From Thalassobaculaceae bacterium (GTDB lineage: Bacteria; Pseudomonadota; Alphaproteobacteria; Thalassobaculales; Thalassobaculaceae), in contig OZ245843.1 of assembly GCA_965228875.1 (NCBI GenBank), positions 726,616-790,615 on the forward strand: a DNA stretch of 64,000 nucleotides, in the 5' to 3' direction. A program made the translations under genes and the position numbers. Below the pieces are notes generated by a model. The model did not search any database and had not been told where the DNA came from. It saw only the letters and a list, made by a program, of their open reading frames with translations. Of the stretch, positions 31,822 through 41,496 are shown piece by piece (the stretch's first letter is position 1; each line of letters opens with the position of its first letter).

Positions 31822-32448
31822 TCAGACCCTTGCCCCTGAATCAGGTTGGGGTCTCTCCTCGAGTGGTTCGGGTCCGGCGACTGCCAGCAACGTGTCGAGC
31901 CGGTCGAGGAATTCGTCGCGCCGCAGAATGCCGGCAAATCCGATCCTCTCGGCCGTCGGCGTGACTGTCAGGGGCAGGAAGAGTTCGTCGGTCGACCGGT
32001 CAGTCCGCAGCCACAGCGCGGCGCTTCGAAGAATGTCGAGTTCGATGAGCACGGGCTCGTAGGATATCGCGTCGGCATCGACCCGCTGCTCGGCCGACGC
32101 GATCGCCGAGACGAGGGCGTCGAAGATCGGCCCGTTGCTCAATCCTGCGAGCCGATGGTTGCCATCGCCGCTGTCCACCTCCAGGAGGGCGACGGGCGCC
32201 TGATCATCGCCGGCATTCAGGATCAGGCGATGACCCGCGGGGATCAGCGACTTCATCACGTCGCTGCCACCGATGTCCACGTCGGGATCCGGCTCCAAGG
32301 CCGGGTGCCAGAACGACACGGAGAAGGATGTGGGGTCGGCGGTGTCGACGGTAGGGAGCAGCAGGGCCCCCTTGTCGACCATCGTCTGCAACTGCCGGGC
32401 GACCGCGTCGACGGCGGCGTCCGGTGCCGGACTCACGATCAGCGCCAT
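31822..32448 (-). CDS. Hypothetical protein, partner of papain-like protease
   Basis: AAGGA RBS, 30 nt downstream of the protease gene on the same strand. Confidence 0.7.
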   Translation of the reverse strand: MALIVSPAPDAAVDAVARQLQTMVDKGALLLPTVDTADPTSFSVSFWHPALEPDPDVDIGGSDVMKSLIPAGHRLILNAGDDQAPVALLEVDSGDGNHRLAGLSNGPIFDALVSAIASAEQRVDADAISYEPVLIELDILRSAALWLRTDRSTDELFLPLTVTPTAERIGFAGILRRDEFLDRLDTLLAVAGPEPLEERPQPDSGARV

Positions 32449-32478
32449 GTCCTTCTCCCTCGAGGCGATCGGCGGGGC

Positions 32479-33174
32479 CTATCGCCGCCTGTCGCTGTAG
32501 TAGGTGTGGGTCCATTCCTTCGACCGCAGCTCCGAATGGATGTCGAGCGCGGCCGCCGGCGCGGGTTGCCGATCCTTCCCGCCCGGATCCCAGACCACGA
32601 AACTGGTGGCATCCCAGTGGTACCCCCAGATGATCACGAAGTGATGGACGGCCCGGCCATGCACCGTACCCCGAAGCTTCAGCCGGATCGGGACCGGGCG
32701 TTTGTGGAAGCCGATCTCGTTGGCAATGTTGTTGAAGCTGTCGAAGTCCGAGTGCTTGGGAAAACGGTGCGGGATGCCGACGGCCGTCAGGGCGTCGCTC
32801 AGATAGTATTCGCGGTTGCAGATCTCCACGACTTGCGGATCGCTGCAATCGACCGTGCCGCCCAGGTCGTCGCGGATTCCGGCCACCTCGCATTGGGTCC
32901 AGGGCCGGCGGTTTGCTGGCGAGCCGTCGATCCGGTGGTAGTAGTCGCTGATCGTCGCGGCGACAGCAGCCCAGCACCAGCGCTCGTGCTTCTGAAGCTG
33001 ACCGACGAAATTTGGCAGTCTGTACTTGTCCTGATCGCCGTCGATGTCCGCCGTGGTCCGAGCCCGCAGACCTGCCCTCGCGGTCATCGGCCGGTCCGCC
33101 AACTCAGGCCGCTGGGCGCTTCGCAATCCAAGGGCGGTCCGTGTCCTGCGAATGGAATCGGGAATGCTGGCCAT
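32479..33174 (-). CDS. Papain-like cysteine protease (C39-like / AvrRpt2-like)
   Basis: Q-x5-C in QKHERWCWAA, HFVIIWGY, VVWDP give Cys-His-Asp. Confidence 0.82.
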   Translation of the reverse strand: MASIPDSIRRTRTALGLRSAQRPELADRPMTARAGLRARTTADIDGDQDKYRLPNFVGQLQKHERWCWAAVAATISDYYHRIDGSPANRRPWTQCEVAGIRDDLGGTVDCSDPQVVEICNREYYLSDALTAVGIPHRFPKHSDFDSFNNIANEIGFHKRPVPIRLKLRGTVHGRAVHHFVIIWGYHWDATSFVVWDPGGKDRQPAPAAALDIHSELRSKEWTHTYYSDRRR

Positions 33175-33657
33175 GGTCCCCACCTCCATTTTCCAACAAT
33201 AGTAGAGTAAGGGAACGGCCGGGTCCTGTCTTTCGCTAATGGATGGTTCCCAGTGTGCTGTCGGATGCTGCGCCTGGGCAAAGGCGACGGACGGACGCAG
33301 ATGACCGTCGACGAACCCGGCCTATCGGTGTCGACCGACTGGCCTACGGGTGACGGTCGCCGTCAGCAGACCGGCGGTTGCCAGCAGGGTGATGGTCAAC
33401 CGCTCGACCCGCAACCCGACGGCCCGTGCCTGCGTCGGGCTAAGGGTGAGGTGCCCCGGCTGACGGGCCAGAGAGGCCATGGAGTGGGGGAGGCGGTCAG
33501 CGGCACTGTCGGTAAGCGAAAACGAGCCACAATACCAGGGCGTGGGTGGCGCGTTCAGCCGAAGGAAGTCACGATACCGGCCAACCAACGCGCTACCCGC
33601 TCGCCGTCGGAGCAGGGGGCTGAAACGTGGGTCGCCGGGCGACCGAAGGGGGAAGAC

Positions 33658-34485
33658 TTGGAAATCGTCGACGCGCAGATTCATATCTGGAGAACCGGCC
33701 TGCCGAGCAATGCGGCCCATTGGCAGATCACGTCGTTCACCGCTGCCGAGGCGATCGCGCTGATGGACGCGGCCGGCGTCGACGCCGCGGTGATCCATCC
33801 GCCGAGCTGGGATCCGGGCGCCGTCGAACTGGCGTTCGATGCCGTGGCGACCTATCCAGGCCGCTTCGCCATTATCGGCACGCTCGATCTCGGCCAGCCG
33901 GAGGAGAGCGCGGCGGCGATGGAGCACTGGCGGGATAAGCCGGGCATGCTCGGCCTGCGGTGCATGTTCCTCGAGGGTGAGGACCGCCGGCGGCTGCATG
34001 CAGGGGAGCTTGAGTGGTTCTGGACCGCGGCCGAGCGGTTCGGCATTCCGATCACGACCCTGGCGACCGGATCGTTCGGGGTGCTGGGCGAGGTCGCGCG
34101 CCGGTATCCCGGCCTGCGGCTGACGATCGACCACCTGGGCGGTATGGGCGGCAACACAACCCTCAAGGACGATGCGGCCATGACCCACATGCCGGACCTG
34201 CTGGAGCTGGCGCGGCTGGACAATGTCGGGGTCAAGGTCACAGGCGCGCCGGGATACTGCAGCGGCGAATATCCTTTCGTCTCGATGCACCCCTACCTGC
34301 GCCGGATCTTCGACGCCTTCGGGCCGGACCGGACGTTCTGGGGCACGGACATCTCAAAGATGCCCTGCTCGTGGCGGCAGTGCGTGACCATGTTCACAGA
34401 GGAACTGCGCTGGCTCGCCGGCGACGATCAGGCACGGGTCATGGGAGGCGCGATCCGCGACTGGTGGGGCTGGCCCGCCGCCTGA
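33658..34485 (+). CDS. Amidohydrolase_2 family protein
   Basis: IVDAQIHIW, IDHLG, FGPDRTFWGTD; TTG start at 33658. Confidence 0.88.
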   Translation: MEIVDAQIHIWRTGLPSNAAHWQITSFTAAEAIALMDAAGVDAAVIHPPSWDPGAVELAFDAVATYPGRFAIIGTLDLGQPEESAAAMEHWRDKPGMLGLRCMFLEGEDRRRLHAGELEWFWTAAERFGIPITTLATGSFGVLGEVARRYPGLRLTIDHLGGMGGNTTLKDDAAMTHMPDLLELARLDNVGVKVTGAPGYCSGEYPFVSMHPYLRRIFDAFGPDRTFWGTDISKMPCSWRQCVTMFTEELRWLAGDDQARVMGGAIRDWWGWPAA

Positions 34486-34797
34486 GTTCCCCGCCTCGGT
34501 CCGAGCGCGTGAGCCGATGGCGGAGAGCGATCTCCGCCACGCGGTCTGGCGTGTCCGATCGCGGGTCACCTCGCCAACCCGGTCCGCTGACCGGCACCTG
34601 GCCACCCGTCCGACGAGCCAGGACCTTGCAGTAGCTCCTCAAAATCAGACTCGACGTTATGCCAACCGCATTCTCCGGGATCGGCAGCCGTGACGGTATC
34701 GCCACCATGAGGCGTCGTGACGCCGTCCGGTGGTCGGGGACCGGCATTGCCGTCCCGCGGCACGGGACCAACAAGAACGAAACCGAGGGAGGACTGC

Positions 34798-36054
34798 ATG
34801 ATCTTGAAGAGTTTGAAGGCCGCGACTGCGGCCGCTCTGTTGCTGGCGGGCGGGAGCGCGTGGGCGGCGGAGCCGTTGAAGGTGGGGGTTTTGGCAACCC
34901 TCGAAGGCACCTACACCGTGCTCGGCGAGGATGGTGTGCGCGGACTGAAGACCGCGCTGAACGTCATGGGCAACACCGGCGGCGGCCGTGAGGTCGAACT
35001 GATCATCGGGGCCACCGATGCAAGCCCGGACAGTGCCGTGCGCGCCGCTCGCAAGCTGGTCGAGCAGGACAAGGTCGATATCATCATCGGCCCGCTCTCG
35101 GGTTCCGAGGGCATCGCAATCCGCGACTACTCGAAGACCCAGCCCCAGGTGACCTTCCTGAACGGCATCTCAGGTGCGCAGGAAACCACCTACGTCACGC
35201 CGTCAGAGAACTTCTTCCGCTTCAACATGGACGGCGCCCAGTGGTCGGCCGGACTCGGCGACTACGTCTACAACGAGAAGGGCTACGAGACCGTCGCCAC
35301 GATCGGCGAGGACTACTCGTTCATCTACACCCAGGTGTTCGGCTTCGTCACCGAGTTCTGCGCCGCCGGCGGCGAGGTCACGGACCGGTTCTGGGTGCCT
35401 CTGGGGACCAAGGATTTCGGCTCGATCATCGCCTCCCTGCCGGATGACGTGGACGCGATCTATCTCGGGCTTGGCGGCGGCGACGCCGTTAACTTCCTGA
35501 ACCAGTATCAGCAGGCCGGCGGCGACGCCAACCTGATCGGCGGCACCATCATGGTCGACGGCACGGTGCTGAACTCCAAGGGCGACGCCAAGCGGGCGCT
35601 CATCGGAACGCCGTCCGCCGGACCGCAGGCCGACACCTGGGACGATCCGAAGTGGCAGGCCTACGTGAAGGCGTATCAGGACTCGTTCCCGCCGGATCAG
35701 CGTTTCCCGAGCCCGTCACTGCTGGGGACCGGTTACTACAACGCCACCACCGCGGCGTTGACCTGCATGAACGAGATCGGCGGCGACCTGTCCGACGGCC
35801 ACAAGGCGTTCCGCCAGTGCCTGACCAACCTCGAGCTCGACGCCCCCAACGGCAAGATCGTGCTGGACAAGAACCGCCAGGCGATCGGCACAAACTTCGT
35901 CTCCGAGGTGGTCGAACTGGCCGACGGGACCCTGGCCAACCAGCTGGTCTCCATCAAGGAGAACGTCAATCAGACGCTCGGAATCGACGAAGCCAGCTTC
36001 GCCGCGATCGGCCTGCCGAGCCGGGACAACCCCGAGTGCAAGGCGACCTACTAG
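34798..36054 (+). CDS. Liv-type ABC transporter substrate-binding protein
   Basis: Signal peptide, LKVGVL, ARKLVEQDKVDIIIGPLSGS, NFFRF. Confidence 0.92.
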   Translation: MILKSLKAATAAALLLAGGSAWAAEPLKVGVLATLEGTYTVLGEDGVRGLKTALNVMGNTGGGREVELIIGATDASPDSAVRAARKLVEQDKVDIIIGPLSGSEGIAIRDYSKTQPQVTFLNGISGAQETTYVTPSENFFRFNMDGAQWSAGLGDYVYNEKGYETVATIGEDYSFIYTQVFGFVTEFCAAGGEVTDRFWVPLGTKDFGSIIASLPDDVDAIYLGLGGGDAVNFLNQYQQAGGDANLIGGTIMVDGTVLNSKGDAKRALIGTPSAGPQADTWDDPKWQAYVKAYQDSFPPDQRFPSPSLLGTGYYNATTAALTCMNEIGGDLSDGHKAFRQCLTNLELDAPNGKIVLDKNRQAIGTNFVSEVVELADGTLANQLVSIKENVNQTLGIDEASFAAIGLPSRDNPECKATY

Positions 36055-36061
36055 AGCACGA

Positions 36062-36090
36062 CCGGTTCGGGCCGACACGGTCCGAACCGG
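36062..36090 (+). terminator. Hairpin after the substrate-binding protein gene
   Basis: CCGGTTCGG...CCGAACCGG perfect 9-bp stem, extendable to 13 bp with one G-U. Confidence 0.55.
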
Positions 36091-36269
36091 ACGCCGTTCT
36101 CTAGCCCATTGAGGGTTGCGCAGACTGACACGATCGGATTTCGACGTGATCGCGGTTTGCTCGCGCGCCCTGCCCACGGCGCGGACCCGGGTCGATGCCC
36201 GGGTCCGCCACCGGCCGGACCCATGGAGCGCCGGCTCACCGACCGCTCGCGGAGCGGCGCAGGACCCTC

Positions 36270-37400
36270 ATGACCCTGATCACCTACCTCAACCGGGTGC
36301 ACTTCGCCGACGGGGTCCTCGAAGAGGCCCTGCGCTCGGAACTCGAACTGAACCGCCGTCGCCGGCCGCTGATCATCGCCGAGAGCGACCACGTCTCGGG
36401 CGCGCTGGCGGACCGGTTCTTCGCCAGTTTCCCGATCCGCACCTCGGCTGAATCCTTCGTCGAGGTGCCGGCCCTGCCGACCGAGGCGGCGGCGATCCGC
36501 ATCGCCGAACGCTACCGCGAGACGGAGCGCGACCATCTCGTCGCCTTCGGGGGCAACCGGGCGATCGACCTCGCCAAGGTGGCCCGCATCGCCATCGCCT
36601 TCGATGAGCCCATGGCGGCGCTGTCCTCGACCGAGGGCGGCACCCAGCGGATCGGCAACGGCCTCCCTGACCTCTACGCGGTACCCGGGATCTCGGGCTT
36701 CGCGTCGGCGATCAGTCACTATGCCCGGGTAAAGGTCGATGACGGCCGCCAGGTCCTGATCACCTCCCGGCACCTGATACCGACGGTTACGATCTGCGAC
36801 CCGACCCTGACTCTCGGCAGCAGCCCGGCCGACAGTTCCAGCGCCGCGTCGGGATCGATCTCGCGTGGGGTCGAATCCTACTTGTCACGGGGGTACAACC
36901 CGCCGGCCGACGGGCTGGCGCTCGACGGCCTGTCGCGGACCGCGCGGTTCCTGTCGCGCGCCGTCATGGACGACGACCTGGAGGCCCGGCGCGAAATGAT
37001 GGCGGGCAGCTTCAACAGCGCCCTGGCTCTTCAGAAAGGCGTTTGCGCGGTCCACGCCATCACCAACGCGCTGGCCTCGGTCTCGCAGGTGGTGGTCGAC
37101 CCGAGCGCGGTCGGTCGGCTGATCGTTCCGCACCTGATCCGGTACTACGGCACCCGGGTCGAGACCAAGCTGCCGGCCCTGCGGTCGGCGCTGGGGCTCG
37201 GCGTGGGTGCCGACATCTCCGACGCCATCGCCGAGCTTCTGGGCGGCCTGCCGCTCCCGAACTCCCTCGGCGAGATGGGCCTCGGAGACGCGGAGATCGC
37301 CGCCGCGTCGGCGGTCGCCAGCCAGGACCGCGCCATCGGCAACAGCCCGCACAGGCTGGACGCGGCCAGCATCGGGACGATCCTGCACGCGGTCCGGTGA
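36270..37400 (+). CDS. Iron-containing alcohol dehydrogenase family protein with degenerate metal site
   Basis: GGNRAIDLAK, ICDPTLTLG, NPPADGLALDG, ALQKG..VH. Confidence 0.82.
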   Translation: MTLITYLNRVHFADGVLEEALRSELELNRRRRPLIIAESDHVSGALADRFFASFPIRTSAESFVEVPALPTEAAAIRIAERYRETERDHLVAFGGNRAIDLAKVARIAIAFDEPMAALSSTEGGTQRIGNGLPDLYAVPGISGFASAISHYARVKVDDGRQVLITSRHLIPTVTICDPTLTLGSSPADSSSAASGSISRGVESYLSRGYNPPADGLALDGLSRTARFLSRAVMDDDLEARREMMAGSFNSALALQKGVCAVHAITNALASVSQVVVDPSAVGRLIVPHLIRYYGTRVETKLPALRSALGLGVGADISDAIAELLGGLPLPNSLGEMGLGDAEIAAASAVASQDRAIGNSPHRLDAASIGTILHAVR

Positions 37401-37553
37401 TTTCGCTCCGCTCGAGGCACGGCACGGGCGCGTAACCGACGGTCTCATTCTTGGCCCGCCGGTCTTGCCACCATCGAATCGGCGGGCCGATACTTCTCCC
37501 TCGGGAGCGCTGTCGTGCAATGAACCGCGCCCCGCGACAGGGAGGAAAGGCGT

Positions 37554-38381
37554 ATGAGCGGCGCTATTTCCGTGCATCACGGCGATTTCGGCCGTGCGGC
37601 TCTGTATGAGCTGGACCGGCCGATCATTACGCATGCCCATCGGGAAGGCCATCTGATCTTCCACATCGACGGGTGCCACGGCAACGTCATCGTCGGCGAC
37701 CGCCGGTATGCGGCCGATCGCAACCAAGCCGTCGCGGTTTCGCCATGGGAGCCACACAGCTTCGAGCCGTCGATACCGGGTGAGGCCTGCCTGTGCCTCG
37801 TACTCTACATCAAGCCGATGTGGTTCCTCGAGGCCAGCCAGTCGGCGGAGTTCGCGTTGAGCTTCGGGCGGTCGACGGTGGAAATGACCGCGAGCGTCCG
37901 ACGCTGGGCGACCCGGTTGACGTCGCTCCTTCTGGACAACCAGGCCTCGGTGCGCTTCGACGGGTTCCTGTTCGAAACCACGCGGCTCTGTTTCGACGAG
38001 TCATGGTCCGGGCTGGACACCAGCCCGTTCCTGCGCAGCCGCAGTGTCCGCTTCAACGATTATCGGGTCCGACGCGCCCTCCGTCTGATGCAGGAGGCGT
38101 TCTCGGAGGATGTGGAGATCGACCATCTGGCGCGGGATGTCGGCCTGTCGCGACCGCATTTTTACAAGCTCTTCAAGATGCAGATGGGCATTCCGCCCAA
38201 CATCTTCCTCAACACCCTACGCACCGAGCAGGCGATCGACGACCTGATGGGGACCCGGAAGTCGGTGACCGATATCGGTTTCGATCTCGGCTTCTCCTCG
38301 CAGGCGAGCTTCACCCGGTTCTTCGCCTCCCATGTCGGAATTCCGCCGACGGAATACCGTCGCGTCGCCCACTTCGCCTGA
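37554..38381 (+). CDS. AraC family transcriptional regulator
   Basis: Cupin HAHREGH; LSRPHFYKLFK...IGFDLGFSSQASFTRFF..GIPPTEYR. Confidence 0.95.
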   Translation: MSGAISVHHGDFGRAALYELDRPIITHAHREGHLIFHIDGCHGNVIVGDRRYAADRNQAVAVSPWEPHSFEPSIPGEACLCLVLYIKPMWFLEASQSAEFALSFGRSTVEMTASVRRWATRLTSLLLDNQASVRFDGFLFETTRLCFDESWSGLDTSPFLRSRSVRFNDYRVRRALRLMQEAFSEDVEIDHLARDVGLSRPHFYKLFKMQMGIPPNIFLNTLRTEQAIDDLMGTRKSVTDIGFDLGFSSQASFTRFFASHVGIPPTEYRRVAHFA

Positions 38382-38615
38382 CGTCGGCGCCCGAGTGTTT
38401 TGGCGATGGCGGGCCAACGCAGAAGACTGCGAGGTACGCCCGATCTGCCACTGATCCGTACCCTCGTTCGAGACGACCGGCCCGCAGAGGTCGGCGAGGG
38501 AGGATGCTGACACCATGCGCCGACTGCCGGGTACACGTGTGGCCGGGCCAAGGGCCGAAGGCTGGGAGCCCCCGGTGGCCGGGACGACTCCACGGTCTGC
38601 GGGGAGTGGGGTGTG

Positions 38616-39629
38616 ATGCGCGCGTTCGCCAGCCGCCATCCGGTCTGGTCGGTCGTCGTCGTCATCGTGGCGGCGGTGCTGCTCTGGCTGATTTTCGCCG
38701 TCTGGCCTAAGGGTCTGGTCGAACTGATCGGGCGCAAGAAGATCTTCCTGAACGCCCTGTTCAACGGCATCACCCTCGGCGGGCTCTACTTCCTGGTCGC
38801 GAGCGGCTTCACCCTGATCTTCGGGCTCATGCGGAACGTCAACCTGGCGCATGGCTCGCTGTACCTGCTGGGCGGCTATGTCGGCTACGTCTTCGCCGAG
38901 TGGACCGGGTACTGGTTGTTGGCCTTCCCGGCGGCGTTCCTGGTCGTCGGTTTCTTCGGCATCCTGCTGCAGCTCTTCGTGTTCCGCCGCATGGAGGGGC
39001 AGGACCTGCGCCAGACGCTGGTGACGATCGGCATCTCCATCGTGATGGCCGACCTGATGCTGTGGATCTGGGGCGGCGACTTCTACAACATCGGCGCGCC
39101 GAGCTGGCTCAGCGGGCCGATGGAGACGTTCCTCGTGACCGGCGTAAAGCGGTCGTCCGGCGATCTCATCTTTCTGAAATATCCGATGGTCCGGATCGTG
39201 ATCTTCGCGGCCTCCGTGGTGGTCGGCGTCGGCATGTGGCTCCTCCTGACGCGCACCCGGGTCGGCATGCTCATCCGCGCCGGGGTCGACGACCGTGAGA
39301 TGCTGTCGGCCACCGGCGCGCGTATCCAGCTGGTCTTTCTCGGCGTCTTCGCCTTTGGCGCCGGGCTGGCCGGTGTGGCCGGCGTGGTCGGCGGAACGTT
39401 CCAGTCGGTGGCGCCGGGCGAGGACATCCGCTTCCTGTTGGCGTCCCTGGTGGTGGTGATCGTCGGCGGCATGGGGTCGATCCCCGGTGCTGCGGTCGGC
39501 GCCCTGCTGATCGGCATGGCCGAGCAGTTCGGGTCCGTCTACTTCCCGACCTACGCGGTGGTCCTGACCTTCCTGATCATGGTGCTCGTCCTGGCGTTCA
39601 AGCCCCAGGGCCTGATGGGGAGGGCGTGA
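38616..39629 (+). CDS. LivH-like ABC permease
   Basis: GFTLIFGLMRNVNLAHG, VVIVGGMGSIPGA, KPQGLMG. Confidence 0.93.
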   Translation: MRAFASRHPVWSVVVVIVAAVLLWLIFAVWPKGLVELIGRKKIFLNALFNGITLGGLYFLVASGFTLIFGLMRNVNLAHGSLYLLGGYVGYVFAEWTGYWLLAFPAAFLVVGFFGILLQLFVFRRMEGQDLRQTLVTIGISIVMADLMLWIWGGDFYNIGAPSWLSGPMETFLVTGVKRSSGDLIFLKYPMVRIVIFAASVVVGVGMWLLLTRTRVGMLIRAGVDDREMLSATGARIQLVFLGVFAFGAGLAGVAGVVGGTFQSVAPGEDIRFLLASLVVVIVGGMGSIPGAAVGALLIGMAEQFGSVYFPTYAVVLTFLIMVLVLAFKPQGLMGRA

Positions 39630-40696
39630 TGGCGGTCTCCGGCGTCACCGGCGGATCGGGCTCCAGGCCGGTTCAGGCCTCGTTCTGGTGGGATCAGGCC
39701 TCGCCGGTCTACCTGGTGGTCGCTGCCGTCCTGCTGCTCATGCCGGCCTTCGCCAGCGATTTCGTCATCTACCAGCTCATGGGCTGGACCTTCATCCTCG
39801 GCATCATCGCCCTCAGCCTGACGTTCCTGGCGGGCTACGGCGGTATGGTCAGCCTGGTGCAGATGTCGGTCGCCGGCATGGCCGGGTACATGGTGGCGAT
39901 CTTCGGCGACAGCGCCATCGCCACCATCAGCCAGGGATGGCCCTGGTACGTGTCGATCCCGCTGGCGCTGATCGTCGCCGTCATCTTCGGCACCCTGGCG
40001 GGCTGGCTCGCGGTCCGCACCGAGGGCATCTACACGATCATGATCACGCTCGCGATCGCGGCGGCGTTCTTCTACTTCACCCGCCAGAACTACGTGATCT
40101 TCAACGGCTTCTCCGGATTCAACGGCGTCCTGCCGCCGCAGCTCTTCGGGGTCGACTGGCGCGGGCCCTCCGCCTTCTACTATCTGACCCTGTTCTGGGC
40201 GACCGTCAGCTACTTCGCGGTCCTGTACATCTCGCGGGCGCCCTTCGGTCTGGCGCTGCAGGGGGTGCGCGACAACCCGCGCCGGATGGCCGCGCTCGGC
40301 TTCAACGTCACGGCGCATCGGGTCGCGGCCTATGCCTTCGCGGCCCTGCTCGCCGCGGTCGGCGGCATTCTGCTGACCTGGCAGTCGGCCCAGATCTCGC
40401 CGGGTACCGCCGGTATCGGGCCGGTGATCGATGTCCTCGTGATCGCCGTGATCGGCGGTCTGCGACATCCGATCGGGCCCTTCATCGGCGCCCTGATCTA
40501 TGTGCTGCTGAAGACCTTCGCGCTCGACGCGCTGGTCGCACTCGGCCTCGGCGGCGAGCGGTTCCAACTGCTGATCGGGGTCGGTTTCCTGGCGATCGTC
40601 TTCTATTCCCCCGACGGGGTGCTCGGGCTCTGGGAACGGCTGAAGGCGTCCCGCGCCCGCGATCCGCTGCGCCAGCGGCAGGGAGGGGCGGAATGA
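39629..40696 (+). CDS. LivM-like ABC permease
   Basis: GYGGMVSL, GIYTIMITLA, GVRDNPRRMAALG, PDGVLG. Confidence 0.93.
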   Translation: MAVSGVTGGSGSRPVQASFWWDQASPVYLVVAAVLLLMPAFASDFVIYQLMGWTFILGIIALSLTFLAGYGGMVSLVQMSVAGMAGYMVAIFGDSAIATISQGWPWYVSIPLALIVAVIFGTLAGWLAVRTEGIYTIMITLAIAAAFFYFTRQNYVIFNGFSGFNGVLPPQLFGVDWRGPSAFYYLTLFWATVSYFAVLYISRAPFGLALQGVRDNPRRMAALGFNVTAHRVAAYAFAALLAAVGGILLTWQSAQISPGTAGIGPVIDVLVIAVIGGLRHPIGPFIGALIYVLLKTFALDALVALGLGGERFQLLIGVGFLAIVFYSPDGVLGLWERLKASRARDPLRQRQGGAE

Positions 40697-41496
40697 GACC
40701 CGCCGTACCCGCCTCTGCCTCGGTTTCCGAACGGCTCTCGGCCACCGGCACCGCCAACGCCCTGGAACTGCGGGGGGTGTCCAAGCTGTTCGGCGCGCTG
40801 GCCGCGCTCGAGGACATCAACCTGACGGTTCGGCCGGGCGAGCGGCGCGCCGTCCTCGGCTCCAACGGCGCCGGCAAGACCACCCTGTTCAACTGCGTGA
40901 CCGGCGACTTCCCGGCGACCACCGGGACGATCCGCTTCTTCGGCGAGGACATCTCCGCCTTTCCGGCCCACGAGCGCATCCGCCGCGGGCTGCGCCGGAC
41001 CTACCAGATCTCGCAGCTCTTCGAAGGGCTGAGCGTGGTCGACAACGTCTATCTGGCCTGCCGGGGCGTGTCCCGCGGCCGCTTCTCGTTCCTGCGGCCG
41101 CGGCGGGACGACGCGCTCATGGCGAGTGCCGACAACCTGGTGCGCGTGGTGCACCTGGAGGAGGCGCGGGATCTGAGGGTCTCCACCTTGTCCCACGGTC
41201 AGCAGCGCCAGCTGGAGATCGCCATGGCGCTTGCCGGCGCGCCGCGCTTCATCCTGTTCGACGAACCGGCCGCCGGCCTCAGCCCGACCGAACGCCGCGA
41301 TCTGGTGGAGATCCTCACCGGCCTGCCCGGACATATGGGGTTCATCGTGATCGAGCACGACATGGACGTCGCGCTGCGTGTCGCGGAGAGCGTGACGATG
41401 ATGCACAACGGCCGGGTCTTCAAGGAGGGGCGGCCGGCCGAGATCGAGGACGATCCCGAGGTTCAGGCGCTCTACCTGGGGGGTGGCGATGCCTGA
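40693..41496 (+). CDS. LivG-like ABC ATP-binding protein
   Basis: [34 protein letters not shown]. Confidence 0.94.
   Translation: MRPAVPASASVSERLSATGTANALELRGVSKLFGALAALEDINLTVRPGERRAVLGSNGAGKTTLFNCVTGDFPATTGTIRFFGEDISAFPAHERIRRGLRRTYQISQLFEGLSVVDNVYLACRGVSRGRFSFLRPRRDDALMASADNLVRVVHLEEARDLRVSTLSHGQQRQLEIAMALAGAPRFILFDEPAAGLSPTERRDLVEILTGLPGHMGFIVIEHDMDVALRVAESVTMMHNGRVFKEGRPAEIEDDPEVQALYLGGGDA

Noticed and set aside
34640..38440. Shared AGACT motif in three intergenic regions as an AraC site
   Set aside because: Too short, and the flanks do not align
39688..40692. Apparent N-terminal extension of the LivG-like ATPase
   Set aside because: Off-frame overlap with the LivM-like gene; the real start is the ATGA overlap at 40693
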